This document shows, piece after piece, positions 18,967 through 28,885 of a DNA stretch of 64,000 nucleotides. The DNA lies in contig CAWDXG010000001.1 of the NCBI GenBank assembly GCA_963806225.1, positions 608,001-672,000 on the forward strand, in the 5' to 3' direction. Each line of letters begins with the position of its first letter. Position 1 is the stretch's first letter. The notes under the pieces are model-generated. The model was given only the letters and a program-made list of their open reading frames with translations, was not told the origin of the DNA and made no database searches. Source of the stretch: an uncultured delta proteobacterium (GTDB lineage Bacteria; Myxococcota_A; Polyangia; Polyangiales; Polyangiaceae). The translations under genes were made by a program, and so were the position numbers.

Positions 18967-19767
18967 CTATCGCCCCTTGAAGTCCGGCGGACGCTTCTCC
19001 ATGAAGGCGCTCATGGCCTCGCCCAGATCCTCCGAGGCGAGGAACGCGGAGTTCCACGCCGCGACGTACTCCAGCCCGTCGGCGACGCGGCGGTCGCGGC
19101 CGAAGTCCAGCACCTGCTTCACGCCACGCACGGTAAGCGGCGCGTTTTCGGCGATCTGTTGTGCTGTGCCGAGCGCCATCTGCTCGAGCTCCTTCTGGTC
19201 GCGTGCCACGTCGTTGACCAGTCCGATCTCGCGGGCGCGCGCCGCGTCGATGTCCTTGGCGGTAAATGCCAGCTCGCGTGTGTGACCCTGGCCGATGATC
19301 GGGGGCAGCCGCTGCAGGCTGCCGAGGTCCGCCACGATGGCGATGCGCGTCTCGCGCACGGAGAACTTCGCGTCTTCGGTCGCGTAGCGGATGTCGCAGG
19401 CGCTGATCAGATCGACTCCGCCGCCGATACACCAGCCGTGCGCCGCCGCGATCACCGGCACCGGGCAGTCCGCGACGGCGTCCAGGTAGCCCTGCAGCCG
19501 GCGGATCGTCGAAAACAGCTCCATGCGTGGCTTCGCCGTGCCGCCAGTGAACGCCGCGCCGAGCTCCTGGAAGGCGGCCGTCAGGTCGAGCCCGTAGGTG
19601 AAGTGTTTGGTCCGCGAGCGGACGACCACGGCCCGTACGTCTTGGTCGAGGGCGATTTCGCTGAATGCGCTGCCGAGCTCCTCGAACATCTTCGGCGGCA
19701 TGGTCGGCTTTTCGAGCCAGAGGGTGGTGATGTGCTCGCTCTTGTCGACGCTGATCGTCTCCGACAT
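18967..19767 (-). CDS. Crotonase family, dienoyl-CoA isomerase (ECH1)-like
   Basis: HF..GLDL, HGWCIGGGVDLISACDIR, ADLGSLQRLP, W NSAFL.SEDL. Confidence 0.9.
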   Translation of the reverse strand: MSETISVDKSEHITTLWLEKPTMPPKMFEELGSAFSEIALDQDVRAVVVRSRTKHFTYGLDLTAAFQELGAAFTGGTAKPRMELFSTIRRLQGYLDAVADCPVPVIAAAHGWCIGGGVDLISACDIRYATEDAKFSVRETRIAIVADLGSLQRLPPIIGQGHTRELAFTAKDIDAARAREIGLVNDVARDQKELEQMALGTAQQIAENAPLTVRGVKQVLDFGRDRRVADGLEYVAAWNSAFLASEDLGEAMSAFMEKRPPDFKGR

Positions 19768-19832
19768 GGTCTCGCTCCTCGGCTGCCGCCCACGAATGGT
19801 GTAGGCTTGTCGCCCGCCCGACCTGATACGAC

Positions 19833-21116
19833 ATGCAGGCCGACGTTGCCATCATAGGAGCCGGAACCGCCGGTGCGGCGGCCGCAGCGCTATGCGCACG
19901 GGCGGGGCTGTCGACCGTGTGCGTGGATCGCCGCCCGCTGGCCGAGGCGGGCGCGCGCTGGATCAACGGCGTCCCCGCCTGGAGCTTCGACGAAGCAGGC
20001 ATCGACCAGCCCGCCGGCGAGGAGCTCCACGGCGCGGGCCACGCCTTCCATCTCGTGAGCGGTTGGGGCCCCGAGCGCATCGTCATGACCGACCACGAGG
20101 TGCTCGAGGTCGACATGCGGCACCTGGTGGCGCGGCTGCAGCGGATGGCGACCGATGCAGGGGCTCGCCTCGAGGGCGAAGTGGAGATCGGCGCCTTCGA
20201 CGGGCGCGAGCTCGAGAGCAGTGCCGGGACCCTACGCGCGCGCTGGTTCGTCGATGCCTCGGGCCTCGGCGGCGCGCGCCTGCTCCGGCAGCCGCGGGTC
20301 GCGCGCGGCGATCTGTGCGCGGCGGCGCAGGAGGTGCGCGCCGTCTCCGACCTGCCCCGCGCGCGCGCTTTCTTCGAGGAGCACGGCGTCCGTCCCGGGG
20401 ACACGGCGTGCTTCACCGGCATCGCGGGCGGCTACTCCATCGTCAATGTGCGCCTCGACGGCGATCGCATCGGCCTGCTCACCGGTAGCATCCCGGCCGA
20501 CGGGCACCCTTCCGGCCAGCAGCTGCTGGATGATTTCGTCGCCGAGCACGACTTCATCGGCCCAACGCTGTTCGGCGGCGCGCGCGCTGTCCCGCTGCGC
20601 CGCCCGCTCGACAGGCTGGCGACCGACAGGGTGGCGCTGCTCGGAGACGCCGCCTGCCAGGTCTTCAGCGCGCACGGCTCGGGCATCGGCGCCGGCATGG
20701 TCGCTGCGCGCATGCTCGCCGACGCGCTCTCGAAGGAAGGCGATCCGCAGGCCTACGCCGTGGCCTGGCAGCGCCGCTACGGAGGGCTGTTCGCCGCCTA
20801 CGACGTCTTCCGTCGCTTTTCGCAGACGCTGGGTCCGGACGATCTCGAACGCCTGATGACGTCCGGCCTGCTCGACGAGGCGGCGGCGCGCGCCGGTCTC
20901 CTCCAGCGGCTGCCAGCGCTCGAGCTCGGCACGCTCGGTGCCCGGCTGCGCGCGCTTTTGCGTGAGCGGCGCCTGGCACGCAAGCTCGCGGGTGTCGGCG
21001 CGCGGATGGCAGCCGCAGGTGCGCTCTATGCCCGCTACCCGGAGGAGCCCGCGCGGCTCGAGCGCTGGGCGAAGCGCGCTTCCCGCCTGCTCGACGCGGC
21101 CGCTGAGCCGGACTAG
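19833..21116 (+). CDS. FAD-dependent oxidoreductase, geranylgeranyl reductase-like
   Basis: DVAIIGAGTAG, VDASG, LLGDAA.Q....HGSGI. Confidence 0.85.
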   Translation: MQADVAIIGAGTAGAAAAALCARAGLSTVCVDRRPLAEAGARWINGVPAWSFDEAGIDQPAGEELHGAGHAFHLVSGWGPERIVMTDHEVLEVDMRHLVARLQRMATDAGARLEGEVEIGAFDGRELESSAGTLRARWFVDASGLGGARLLRQPRVARGDLCAAAQEVRAVSDLPRARAFFEEHGVRPGDTACFTGIAGGYSIVNVRLDGDRIGLLTGSIPADGHPSGQQLLDDFVAEHDFIGPTLFGGARAVPLRRPLDRLATDRVALLGDAACQVFSAHGSGIGAGMVAARMLADALSKEGDPQAYAVAWQRRYGGLFAAYDVFRRFSQTLGPDDLERLMTSGLLDEAAARAGLLQRLPALELGTLGARLRALLRERRLARKLAGVGARMAAAGALYARYPEEPARLERWAKRASRLLDAAAEPD

Positions 21117-21178
21117 CGGACGCGCTTCCCGCTGCACGAAGATTGCCGTTCCCGCGTGGCCCGATATCCTCCGGAGCG

Positions 21179-22318
21179 ATGGCGGAGGAGAAGGGCTTCG
21201 CCGGTTCGCGCTACCTGTTGACCGCGGCCGGCGTGATCGTCGTGCTGGCCGGCCTGAAGGCGGGCCAGCCGCTGCTCGTGCCGCTCGTCTTGTCCGTGTT
21301 CCTGGCGGTGCTGGCGGCCCCGCTCGTGCTCTGGATGCAGCGGCACAGGGTGCCCACGATTGTCTCGGTGCCGCTGGTCGTGCTGGGCGTGGTGGCGGTG
21401 CTCGCCGCCGTCGGCGGTTTCGTCGGCAGCTCGGTGAACGCCTTCGTGGCCGCGTTGCCGCGCTACCAGACGGGTCTCGAAGACGTGGTCGGTGGCGGCG
21501 CGCGCTGGCTGACGGCGCACGGCATCGATCTTTCCAGCCGCCGCATGCGCACGCTGTTCAAGCCCTCCGCAGTGGTCAGCGTAATCGGCGGCACGCTGAC
21601 GCAGTTGGCGGCGGCGCTGTCGAACGCGCTGCTCGTGATCCTCACGATGGCGTTCATCCTGTTCGAGGTGACGGCGCTGCCCCGCAAGATCCGCACCGCG
21701 ATGGGTGATCCGGAGGCGGACCTGAGCCGCTTCTCGAAGGTGACCACCGAGGTCCAGAACTACATCGTCATCAAGACCTACGTCAGCGCGGCCACCGGCT
21801 TCCTCGTGTGGCTCCTGCTGGTCATCCTGGGGGTGGATTTCGCGGCGCTGTGGGGGCTGATCGCTTTCCTGTTGAACTACGTTCCGAACCTCGGCTCGAT
21901 CATCGCGGCCGTGCCACCGGTGCTGCTGGCCACCGTGCAGTTCGGGTTCGGGCGCGCCATGATCGTGGCGGCGGGTTTCTTCGCCATCAACATGATGATC
22001 GGCAACGTCGTCGAGCCCAACCTCCTCGGTCGGCGACTGGGGCTGTCGACGCTCGTCGTGTTCCTGTCCTTGATCTTCTGGGGCTGGCTCTGGGGTCCGG
22101 CCGGGATGTTGCTTTCCGTGCCGCTCACGATGGTGGTGAAGATCTTCCTCGAGCACAATCCGGAGTGGCGCTGGGTGGCGATCCTGATGGACCCCGCTGT
22201 GGAGTTGGAGCCCTCGATGGTGTCGCGATCGCGGCCGCCTCCGCCGCGGTCCGAGCCGCCGCCGTCACGGTCCGAGCCGCCGCCGTCACGGTCCGAGCCG
22301 CCGCCGTCGGCGGACTGA
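21179..22318 (+). CDS. AI-2E family transporter
   Basis: Multi-TM; FLLNYVPNLGS, GNVVEP, FWGWLWG..GM.LSVPLT. Confidence 0.92.
   Translation: MAEEKGFAGSRYLLTAAGVIVVLAGLKAGQPLLVPLVLSVFLAVLAAPLVLWMQRHRVPTIVSVPLVVLGVVAVLAAVGGFVGSSVNAFVAALPRYQTGLEDVVGGGARWLTAHGIDLSSRRMRTLFKPSAVVSVIGGTLTQLAAALSNALLVILTMAFILFEVTALPRKIRTAMGDPEADLSRFSKVTTEVQNYIVIKTYVSAATGFLVWLLLVILGVDFAALWGLIAFLLNYVPNLGSIIAAVPPVLLATVQFGFGRAMIVAAGFFAINMMIGNVVEPNLLGRRLGLSTLVVFLSLIFWGWLWGPAGMLLSVPLTMVVKIFLEHNPEWRWVAILMDPAVELEPSMVSRSRPPPPRSEPPPSRSEPPPSRSEPPPSAD
22247..22308 (+). repeat. 21-bp coding tandem repeat x3 (RSEPPPS)
   Basis: cggtccgagccgccgccgtca repeated in the transporter C-terminal tail. Confidence 0.95.
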
Positions 22319-22350
22319 GCAGCGCGATCGGGCTTCGCTAGCCGGGCGGG

Positions 22351-23310
22351 CTAGCGCCGGCGTTTGATCTTCGACCACTTGATGCCGTGGCCGGTGGCCT
22401 GCGGTTGGCTGTCGCCCGGCTCGCCGTGCACATTCTCCACCTTCCATCGCCTGCCGCCGAGCTCCAGGGCGAAGTGGCGCTTCAGGATCTCCTGCATCTT
22501 CGTCGCGTCGGTCAGCGTGCACATCGATTCCGGTGTGAGCCCGTGACTCAGCTGGCAATCGACGTAGGCAACGCTCTCGCCGTTGTCGAGTTCTACGCGC
22601 TCCTCGGTGACGCGCATCGACTGCGTCGTAGGTAGCGTTGCCGCATACAGCGACACCGGCAGACCGCGGCGGCTCGCCTCCTGGTAGGCCGCGATCTGCT
22701 GCTCGCGGGTCACGGGCGCGCGCAGCTGTTGAGCTGCGATGAGCAGCGTCGCTTCGCGGCGGCGGCTGCGCACGCCCAGTGCCCCGAGCACGGCCGCGAG
22801 GTCTTCGAGCACGTTTGCTTCCAGGCCGTCGGAGAGCAGCGCAAGGTTCTTGGCGTAGAAGCGCACGCGCGAGGGGAAGTACACCGTCAGGTCCAGCGCT
22901 TCGGAGAGCCCGCTCTCCGGCACGGCGATGCGGCCAGCGTCGGCGCGCGAGCTGCGCGTCTCGAGCGTGTCGGGAGGCGCCAGCACGATGTTCGTGAACT
23001 TCTGTCCGCCGAACCCGGAGATCGCGTCCGACAGGAGCTTGTCCGGTGCGACCTCCTTGACGAGCGCGCGCGCGTGCACGTCGAGCCGCTGCAGCACCCG
23101 GCGTGCGCCCTTGTGAGCGTACGCAGCCTCGATCTGCACGTCGGCTCCCTCGAGCTTGTCCGCGTCGAGATCGATCGCGAGCACGCCGACGGGCTCCTGC
23201 TTGCCTTCGCCGGAGACCGCAGCCTGGGCCCGGTTGACAATGCCGAACAGTCCGTCGTCCGGCTGGCTCTCGATGCTGATGGACTCCACGCCTGTTCGCT
23301 CCGGCCCCAT
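22351..23310 (-). CDS. Hypothetical protein (start 23310 or 23289)
   Basis: Long ORF with normal globular composition filling the gap between two recognised genes; no family recognised. Confidence 0.7.
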   Translation of the reverse strand: MGPERTGVESISIESQPDDGLFGIVNRAQAAVSGEGKQEPVGVLAIDLDADKLEGADVQIEAAYAHKGARRVLQRLDVHARALVKEVAPDKLLSDAISGFGGQKFTNIVLAPPDTLETRSSRADAGRIAVPESGLSEALDLTVYFPSRVRFYAKNLALLSDGLEANVLEDLAAVLGALGVRSRRREATLLIAAQQLRAPVTREQQIAAYQEASRRGLPVSLYAATLPTTQSMRVTEERVELDNGESVAYVDCQLSHGLTPESMCTLTDATKMQEILKRHFALELGGRRWKVENVHGEPGDSQPQATGHGIKWSKIKRRR

Positions 23311-23420
23311 GCGGGGCCATCCTCGCATTTTCCGGGCCGGTCGGGGGGGGGACTCGAGCTGCCCTCGACCGCGTCGCGATCCCTGGCATCGGCGGGCCCG
23401 TTCTGCAAGCATCCGCGAGC

Positions 23421-24182
23421 ATGAGCGACTCGTCGGAAATGGAGCGTTGGAAGGGCCGGGTCGCACTCGTCACCGGCGCTTCCTCCGGAATCGGACGTGC
23501 CACGGCCCTGGAGCTCGGGCGCGCAGGCATGAAGGTCGCCGTCTGCGCGCGCCGCGAGGGGCCTCTGCGCGAGCTCGAGGCCGAGCTCGGAGCGTCGGAG
23601 CTGCTCCCGCTGGTTGCCGATCTGCGCAGGGAAGACGACATCGGGCGCCTGTTTACGACTCTGCGCGAGCGCTGGGGCGGCGTTGACGTGCTTGTAAACA
23701 ACGCCGGGCTCGGGCATGCGGCGTTGCTGCTGTCGGGGAGCACGGAAGAGTGGCGCGAGATGCTCGAGGTCAATGTCCTGGCCCTGTGCGTCTGCACCCG
23801 CGAAGCCCTGTCCGACATGTTCCGCCGCGGTGACGACGGACACGTGGTGCACATCTCCTCCATGGCCGGGCATCGCGTCCCGTCCGGCAGCGGAGTGTAT
23901 TCGGCGACGAAGTACGCGGTCCGCGCGCTGACCGAGGCACTGCGCCAGGAGCTCAGGGAGCGGAACAGCTCGATCCGCGTCAGCGCCATCAGTCCCGGCT
24001 ACGTGGAGACCGGCTTCGCCGAGCACTACCACAAGAGCGCCGAGGCCGCGGAGCACACGTACGGACGCTACAAAGTCCTCGAAGCCGGGGATATCGCGCG
24101 CGCCGTTCGTTTCGTGCTCGAGAGCCCGCCGCACATGCAGGTGCACGACATCCTGATCCGCCCGCGCGACCAACCGGGCTAG
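23421..24182 (+). CDS. SDR oxidoreductase, DHRS11-like
   Basis: MERWKGRVALVTGASSGIG, NNAG, YSATK, ISPG.VET.F. Confidence 0.92.
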   Translation: MSDSSEMERWKGRVALVTGASSGIGRATALELGRAGMKVAVCARREGPLRELEAELGASELLPLVADLRREDDIGRLFTTLRERWGGVDVLVNNAGLGHAALLLSGSTEEWREMLEVNVLALCVCTREALSDMFRRGDDGHVVHISSMAGHRVPSGSGVYSATKYAVRALTEALRQELRERNSSIRVSAISPGYVETGFAEHYHKSAEAAEHTYGRYKVLEAGDIARAVRFVLESPPHMQVHDILIRPRDQPG

Positions 24183-24778
24183 CGAAGCACCCGTTTCAGG
24201 AAGGCGGCGAGCGCGGCGAGAATCTGCTCGTCGACGTCGTCCTGGGTCTCGGCGTTCGTCTTGAGGCGCGTTTTCGTCGCCTGTAGGGAGTGGTTGCCCG
24301 CCTCCACTACGAACAGCTCGCTCTGTGCTTTCATCCTGCGCCTCACCCCGGCCAGAAGCTCCAGCGGACACAGCGGATCGCGTGTGCCCTGCACGAACAG
24401 GATCGGCGTCTGGAGCGCGAGCAGGACCTCGTCCCGCACGGCGCCCGTCTTGCCGGCGCCCTTGAGCGGATATCCGAGGCACACGAGCGCGTCGACGGGC
24501 TCCTCGAGCGCCAGATGGCAGCCCACGCGCGAGCCCATGCTCTTGCCGATCAAGACCACGGGGCCCCGGTGTCCGCGGCGGGCCGAGGCGAGCGCCTCGC
24601 GGTGCGCCTCGATCAGCTTCGGAAGGCGATCGGGCGAACGTCGGCCTGCCTGCATGTAGGGGTAGTCGAAGCCGACCACCTTGCCGAGCGTCTGCAGCCG
24701 GTCGCTCCAGGCGATCATCCAGGGCGAGCTGGACGCGGCGCCGGCGCCGTGGGCGAACACGAATAGCGGGCGAGCCAT
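24179..24778 (-). CDS. Alpha/beta hydrolase (Tex30/KANL3-like)
   Basis: AHGAGA, GKSMGSR, CLGYPL, QGTRDP, GNHS. Confidence 0.9.
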   Translation of the reverse strand: MARPLFVFAHGAGAASSSPWMIAWSDRLQTLGKVVGFDYPYMQAGRRSPDRLPKLIEAHREALASARRGHRGPVVLIGKSMGSRVGCHLALEEPVDALVCLGYPLKGAGKTGAVRDEVLLALQTPILFVQGTRDPLCPLELLAGVRRRMKAQSELFVVEAGNHSLQATKTRLKTNAETQDDVDEQILAALAAFLKRVLR

Positions 24779-24816
24779 CGAGCCGATGTTCGCTTCGGTG
24801 CCGGCAGGAGGCTAGC

Positions 24817-24879
24817 GGAAAAGGGCCGGGTCGGGAGCGGGAGGAGGGTCGCGTTTTCGCGGGAGCTCCCGACCCGGCC
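24817..24879 (-). terminator. 15-bp perfect hairpin followed by CUUUU on the minus strand
   Basis: ggccgggtcgggagc (24824-24838) pairs with gctcccgacccggcc (24865-24879). Confidence 0.55.
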
Positions 24880-24944
24880 GGGGGCGAACCGTGTTGCCTA
24901 TGCCTGGGAGTACGGGTGCTATAGGCCGGAGCATAAGGGGCGAG

Positions 24945-25007
24945 GTGACCGAATCCGATCCACGGATGAAGACGATCGCCGCTTGCGGCGTTGGTTGGGT
25001 TGGTCAC
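24945..25007 (+). ncRNA. Candidate structured RNA/leader upstream of the MATE gene
   Basis: GUGACC/GGUCAC stem extended by 9 bp with three G-U pairs (plus strand only); inner CGCCG-CUUG-CGGCG hairpin. Confidence 0.35.
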
Positions 25008-25089
25008 ACTCTGCGCCGCTCGGGGCGCGCCGGCAGCCGCGTGCCCGCTAGACGCCTGTCTCCTCCCCATGCAGATCGGTCTTCAACAG

Positions 25090-26466
25090 ATGCTTCCGGC
25101 ACCGGTTTCATCGCCCGCGAGGGCGGAGTTCCGGGCGCTCATGCGCCTGGCGGTTCCGCTTGCCGCAGCGAACCTCGGCCAGGTGCTGATCGGGGCGGTC
25201 GATACCGCGGTGGTGGGACGCCTGGGCGAGATCGAGCTCGGCGCGGCTGGGCTCGGCAACTCGGTGTTCTTCGTAGTCGCCGTCGTCGGCATGGGCATCA
25301 TGCTCGGTCTCGACCCGCTCGTGGCCCAGGCGATCGGTGCGGACGAGCCGGCTCGGGCGCGCCGCATGCTGTGGCAGGGCGGGTTTCTGGCGTTGCTGCT
25401 CGGTGCGCCGATCGCGCTGGCGGTGGCGGGCCTCGGCACGCTCCTCGAGCGGTTCGGCATCGCCCACGTGACCGCCGAGCCCACCCGCGCCTACCTGTTC
25501 GCGCGACTGTTCGGTCTGGTGCCGTTCCTGTTGTTCGTCGCCTGTCGCAGCTACCTGCAAGCCGTTTCCATCACGCGCCCGGTGGTGGTGTCCGTGGTCG
25601 TCGCCAATCTCCTCAACCTGCCGCTCAGCTGGGCGCTGGTCTTCGGAGATGCCGGGCTGGTCCGGTTCGGGCTGCCCGCGCTCGGCGTGCCGGCGCTCGG
25701 CGTGGCGGGTGCGGCCTGGGCCAGCACCGCGTGCACCGTCGCGCAGATGCTGGTGCTGATGTACGCCGTGAGGAAGGTTCAGCTGCCGGGCGCCCGGGAG
25801 CGCTTTGTGCCGAGTCGCGAGCTGATGAAGAAGGCGCTGGTTCTCGGCGCGCCGATCGGTCTGACGATGGCCGCGGAGTTCGGCGTCTTCAGTCTGGTCA
25901 ACGTACTGATGGGCAACATCGACGCCCGGGCGCTGGCCGGCCACCAGGTGGCCATCACGCTCGCCAGTGCCACGTTCATGGTTCCGGTCGGCATCGGTGC
26001 GGCGGCCTCGGTGCGCGTCGGGCACGCCATTGGACGCGGCGATGGGCCCGGCACGCGACGGGCGGGAATCATCGGGCTCTCGAGCGGCATGGCCTTCATG
26101 AGCCTGGCGGCGCTGACCTTCCTGCTCCTGCCGAGGGAGCTGGCCGGCGTTATCACCGACAAGCGCGACGTGATCGCCGCGGCGGTGCCGTTGCTGTTCA
26201 TCGCGGCCGTCTTCCAGCTCTCCGACGGCGCGCAGGCGGTTCTCGCCGGGGCGCTGCGCGGCGCCGGCGACACGCGCTTCCCGCTGTTCGCCAATCTGGC
26301 GGGTCACTACCTGATCGGTCTGCCGCTCGGCGTGCTTCTGGCGTTCCACACCGGGCTGGGCGCGCGGGGGCTCTGGTGGGGGCTCAGCGCCGGTCTGACC
26401 GGCGTCGCCGTGGCGCTGTCGATCCGTTTCATGCGGATTTCGTCACGGCGCGTGGTTCGGGTCTAG
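25090..26466 (+). CDS. MATE family efflux transporter (NorM-like)
   Basis: VDTAVVGRLG...LGAAGLG, LAGHQVA, FQLSDG.Q....GALRGAGDT; ~12 TM. Confidence 0.93.
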   Translation: MLPAPVSSPARAEFRALMRLAVPLAAANLGQVLIGAVDTAVVGRLGEIELGAAGLGNSVFFVVAVVGMGIMLGLDPLVAQAIGADEPARARRMLWQGGFLALLLGAPIALAVAGLGTLLERFGIAHVTAEPTRAYLFARLFGLVPFLLFVACRSYLQAVSITRPVVVSVVVANLLNLPLSWALVFGDAGLVRFGLPALGVPALGVAGAAWASTACTVAQMLVLMYAVRKVQLPGARERFVPSRELMKKALVLGAPIGLTMAAEFGVFSLVNVLMGNIDARALAGHQVAITLASATFMVPVGIGAAASVRVGHAIGRGDGPGTRRAGIIGLSSGMAFMSLAALTFLLLPRELAGVITDKRDVIAAAVPLLFIAAVFQLSDGAQAVLAGALRGAGDTRFPLFANLAGHYLIGLPLGVLLAFHTGLGARGLWWGLSAGLTGVAVALSIRFMRISSRRVVRV

Positions 26467-26522
26467 CGCCGCGCCGCGCTTCCGGGCACACGCCGCACGC
26501 TGCGCTAGACTCGGGCGTCTAC

Positions 26523-27173
26523 GTGGATCTCCCCCTGCCCATCACGGCCTCCCTGGTTCGGCGGGCACTCTTGCTGCCGAGCCCTTTGCCGTCACCCATC
26601 ACGCGACCTGGAGCGAAGCCAGCTGCCGTCGTCGTCCCGATCCGTTTCGATCCGGTGCCGTCGGTGATCGCTGTCGTGCGTTCGGAACAGCTGCGCGATC
26701 ATCCCGGCGAGGTCGGCTTTCCCGGCGGCAAGCTCGAGCCGGAGGATTGCGACCTCCGTGCCGCCGCGTTCCGCGAGGTCCACGAGGAAGTCGCGCTCGG
26801 CGGGGGCGATCTCGACGAGCTGGGAACGCTGTCTCCGATCCCGGTCGTCACCGGTCGCTTCCTGATCCATCCCTTCGTCGCAGCAGTCCTGCCCGGGGCC
26901 AGGCCGCGCATCGCGAGCAGCGAGCTGTCGCGGATGGTGGAGCTGCCGCTCGCGCCGTGGATCACCGGAGAGAGCCGCCACGGAGCAGTCCCCACTGAAT
27001 GGCGTGGGAAGAGCTGGCTGTTGCCCCACTTCGAGGTTGCCGACCGCGTGCTGTACGGCGCGAGCGCGTTCATTTTCTACGAGCTCCTGCTCAAGCTGTG
27101 CAGCGTGCTGGGCGTCGAGATGCCGGAGCCGCGGGTCCAGCACGACTACCCGTGGGGCAGCCGCTACGCGTAG
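26523..27173 (+). CDS. Nudix CoA pyrophosphatase (NudL-like)
   Basis: R...LRDHPGEVGFPGG...AAFREVHEEVAL Nudix box. Confidence 0.9.
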   Translation: MDLPLPITASLVRRALLLPSPLPSPITRPGAKPAAVVVPIRFDPVPSVIAVVRSEQLRDHPGEVGFPGGKLEPEDCDLRAAAFREVHEEVALGGGDLDELGTLSPIPVVTGRFLIHPFVAAVLPGARPRIASSELSRMVELPLAPWITGESRHGAVPTEWRGKSWLLPHFEVADRVLYGASAFIFYELLLKLCSVLGVEMPEPRVQHDYPWGSRYA

Positions 27174-27340
27174 CGTCGGGGCGGGGCTCGTGCATCCAGA
27201 GCGAAAGCTTCCCGTGCTACCAGAAGCGTGGTGATCGCTCCGCGACGTGGAAGTCTATCCGGTTGCATCCGGCTTTCCGGCCAGCTTGACAGGCAAGTTC
27301 AGCGGGTGGGAAAAAGCTGACCCGCGCCGAGTCCTTGAAC

Positions 27341-28870
27341 ATGTCGGAGATCTCGCTGTCCCGCTCTGGCGTCCAGTCTGGTGTACCGCAGAGCGCCCCG
27401 CGATGGAGCCGTCTGTGGGCGCTGGGTCTGGCGTTGGTGTCGCTTTTGGCGGCCGCACCGGCCAGCGCGGCGTCGCCCGACGTCCCGGCCCGGCGCCTCG
27501 AAGACCAGGCGATGAACCAGGACTACCTGGCGACGGACTTCAAGGCGGCCGAGAAGAAGCTGAAGCGGGCCGTCCGCGTTTGCCAGTCCGGCTGCTCCAC
27601 GCAGCTGCTCGGACGCATCCTGCGGGACCTGGCGACCGTGTACATCGTCGGCCTGAAGGATCCGGCGCACGGCCTCGAGGCGATGCAGAACGCGGTCGCC
27701 TCGGATCCATCGCTGAAGCTGGATCCGGCGTTCGTGACACCCGAGCTGCAGTCCGCCTACGAGGCGGCTGGCGGCAAGAGCAAGGGCAAGGGCAAGGGCA
27801 CGGCAGGGCCTGCCAGCTCGGGCCAGCTCCAACACGAGCCGGTGACCGAACAGCGCCGGGGGACTCCTGTTCCGATCTACGTCGAAGCGCCCGGTGACGT
27901 GGGCGCGAAGAAGTTCAGGCTCTACTATCGTTCGGCGCCGGACAAGCCCTGGCACTCCAAGCACATGCACCCGGTCGGCGACGGCTACGGCGCGGAGATC
28001 CCTTGCGATGCCGTCAGCGACAGCGACGCGGTGCAGTACTACGTGCGCGCCGTCGACGACGACGACCGCGTGATGGCCAGCGCGGGCTCGCCGGACGATC
28101 CCTACAAGGTCGAGCTCGTTCAGGAGCTGTACGGCGACGCTCCGCGCCTGCCCGGAAGCGAGCCGCCGGAAAGCTGCAGCGGAGGGGGCGCGAGCTCGAA
28201 AGGCGGGCCTTCCCCGGCATGGCTGAGTCTTTCGCTGGAGCAGGACTTGGCGTTCGTCGGGGGCGACGACGTATGCTCGCCGCAGAGCCAGATCGAGAAG
28301 GGGTTTTCGTGCTTCCGCCAGGACGGCGTGCAGTATCACGGCACGCCGCTGCCGGGGCAGGGCGGTCACATCGGCAGTGGGCTGGCGCTGGCGACGACGC
28401 GGTTGCTGCTCGGCAGCGATCTGCTGCTGGGGAGTCGGTTCAGCGTCGGGCTCCGTCTCGGCTACGTGCTCCAGGGCGGGGCACCGCAGTCCGACGGCGG
28501 CAAGCGCTTCTTCCCGCTGCACGCCGAGGCACGCCTCGCCTACTACTTGTCCCAGGACGGGATGAACGGCGGCGGGCTCGTCCCGTTCGTGTTTGCGGCC
28601 GGCGGGCTCGCCCAGGTCGACGTGAAGAAGTCCGTGCCGGTGATCGAGAACCGCAAGGTGCCCCCGCCACCGAGCCAGATCGACAACCCGCCCGGTCAGA
28701 TGCTCGATGCGTGGAAGAAGGCGGGAATGTCGTTCGCCGGGCTGGGCGGGGGCGTCTACTGGGAACTCGGACACCACAACGGCATCCTCGCCGAGCTGAA
28801 GCTGATGCAGCTGTTCCCGTCGAGCGGCACCGCCGCGTCGCTCTCGCTGGGCTACACGCTCGGGCTGTAG
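27341..28870 (+). CDS. Exported myxobacterial protein: TPR-like N-terminus, Ig-like middle, outer-membrane beta-barrel-like C-terminus
   Basis: Signal peptide (PASA), helical N-domain, amphipathic beta strands ending SLSLGYTLGL. Confidence 0.75.
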   Translation: MSEISLSRSGVQSGVPQSAPRWSRLWALGLALVSLLAAAPASAASPDVPARRLEDQAMNQDYLATDFKAAEKKLKRAVRVCQSGCSTQLLGRILRDLATVYIVGLKDPAHGLEAMQNAVASDPSLKLDPAFVTPELQSAYEAAGGKSKGKGKGTAGPASSGQLQHEPVTEQRRGTPVPIYVEAPGDVGAKKFRLYYRSAPDKPWHSKHMHPVGDGYGAEIPCDAVSDSDAVQYYVRAVDDDDRVMASAGSPDDPYKVELVQELYGDAPRLPGSEPPESCSGGGASSKGGPSPAWLSLSLEQDLAFVGGDDVCSPQSQIEKGFSCFRQDGVQYHGTPLPGQGGHIGSGLALATTRLLLGSDLLLGSRFSVGLRLGYVLQGGAPQSDGGKRFFPLHAEARLAYYLSQDGMNGGGLVPFVFAAGGLAQVDVKKSVPVIENRKVPPPPSQIDNPPGQMLDAWKKAGMSFAGLGGGVYWELGHHNGILAELKLMQLFPSSGTAASLSLGYTLGL

Positions 28871-28885
28871 GCGCGGTCGAGAAGG

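Noticed and set aside
18893..20422. N-terminal extensions of track ORFs (17585..20422, 24891..27173, 43123..45933, 57878..61207, 39169..41229)
   Set aside because: They overlap other real genes or lack coding character; true starts were placed from family N-termini.
24812..24934. 40-codon minus-strand ORF MLRPIAPVLPG...
   Set aside because: No RBS, atypical codons, runs through the terminator-like hairpin; RNA structure explains the region better.
24880..25250. GGGGGCGAA start resembling the 5' end of tmRNA
   Set aside because: No TTCGA D-loop-like segment and no T-arm/CCA 3' end at the expected distance; that region is MATE coding sequence.
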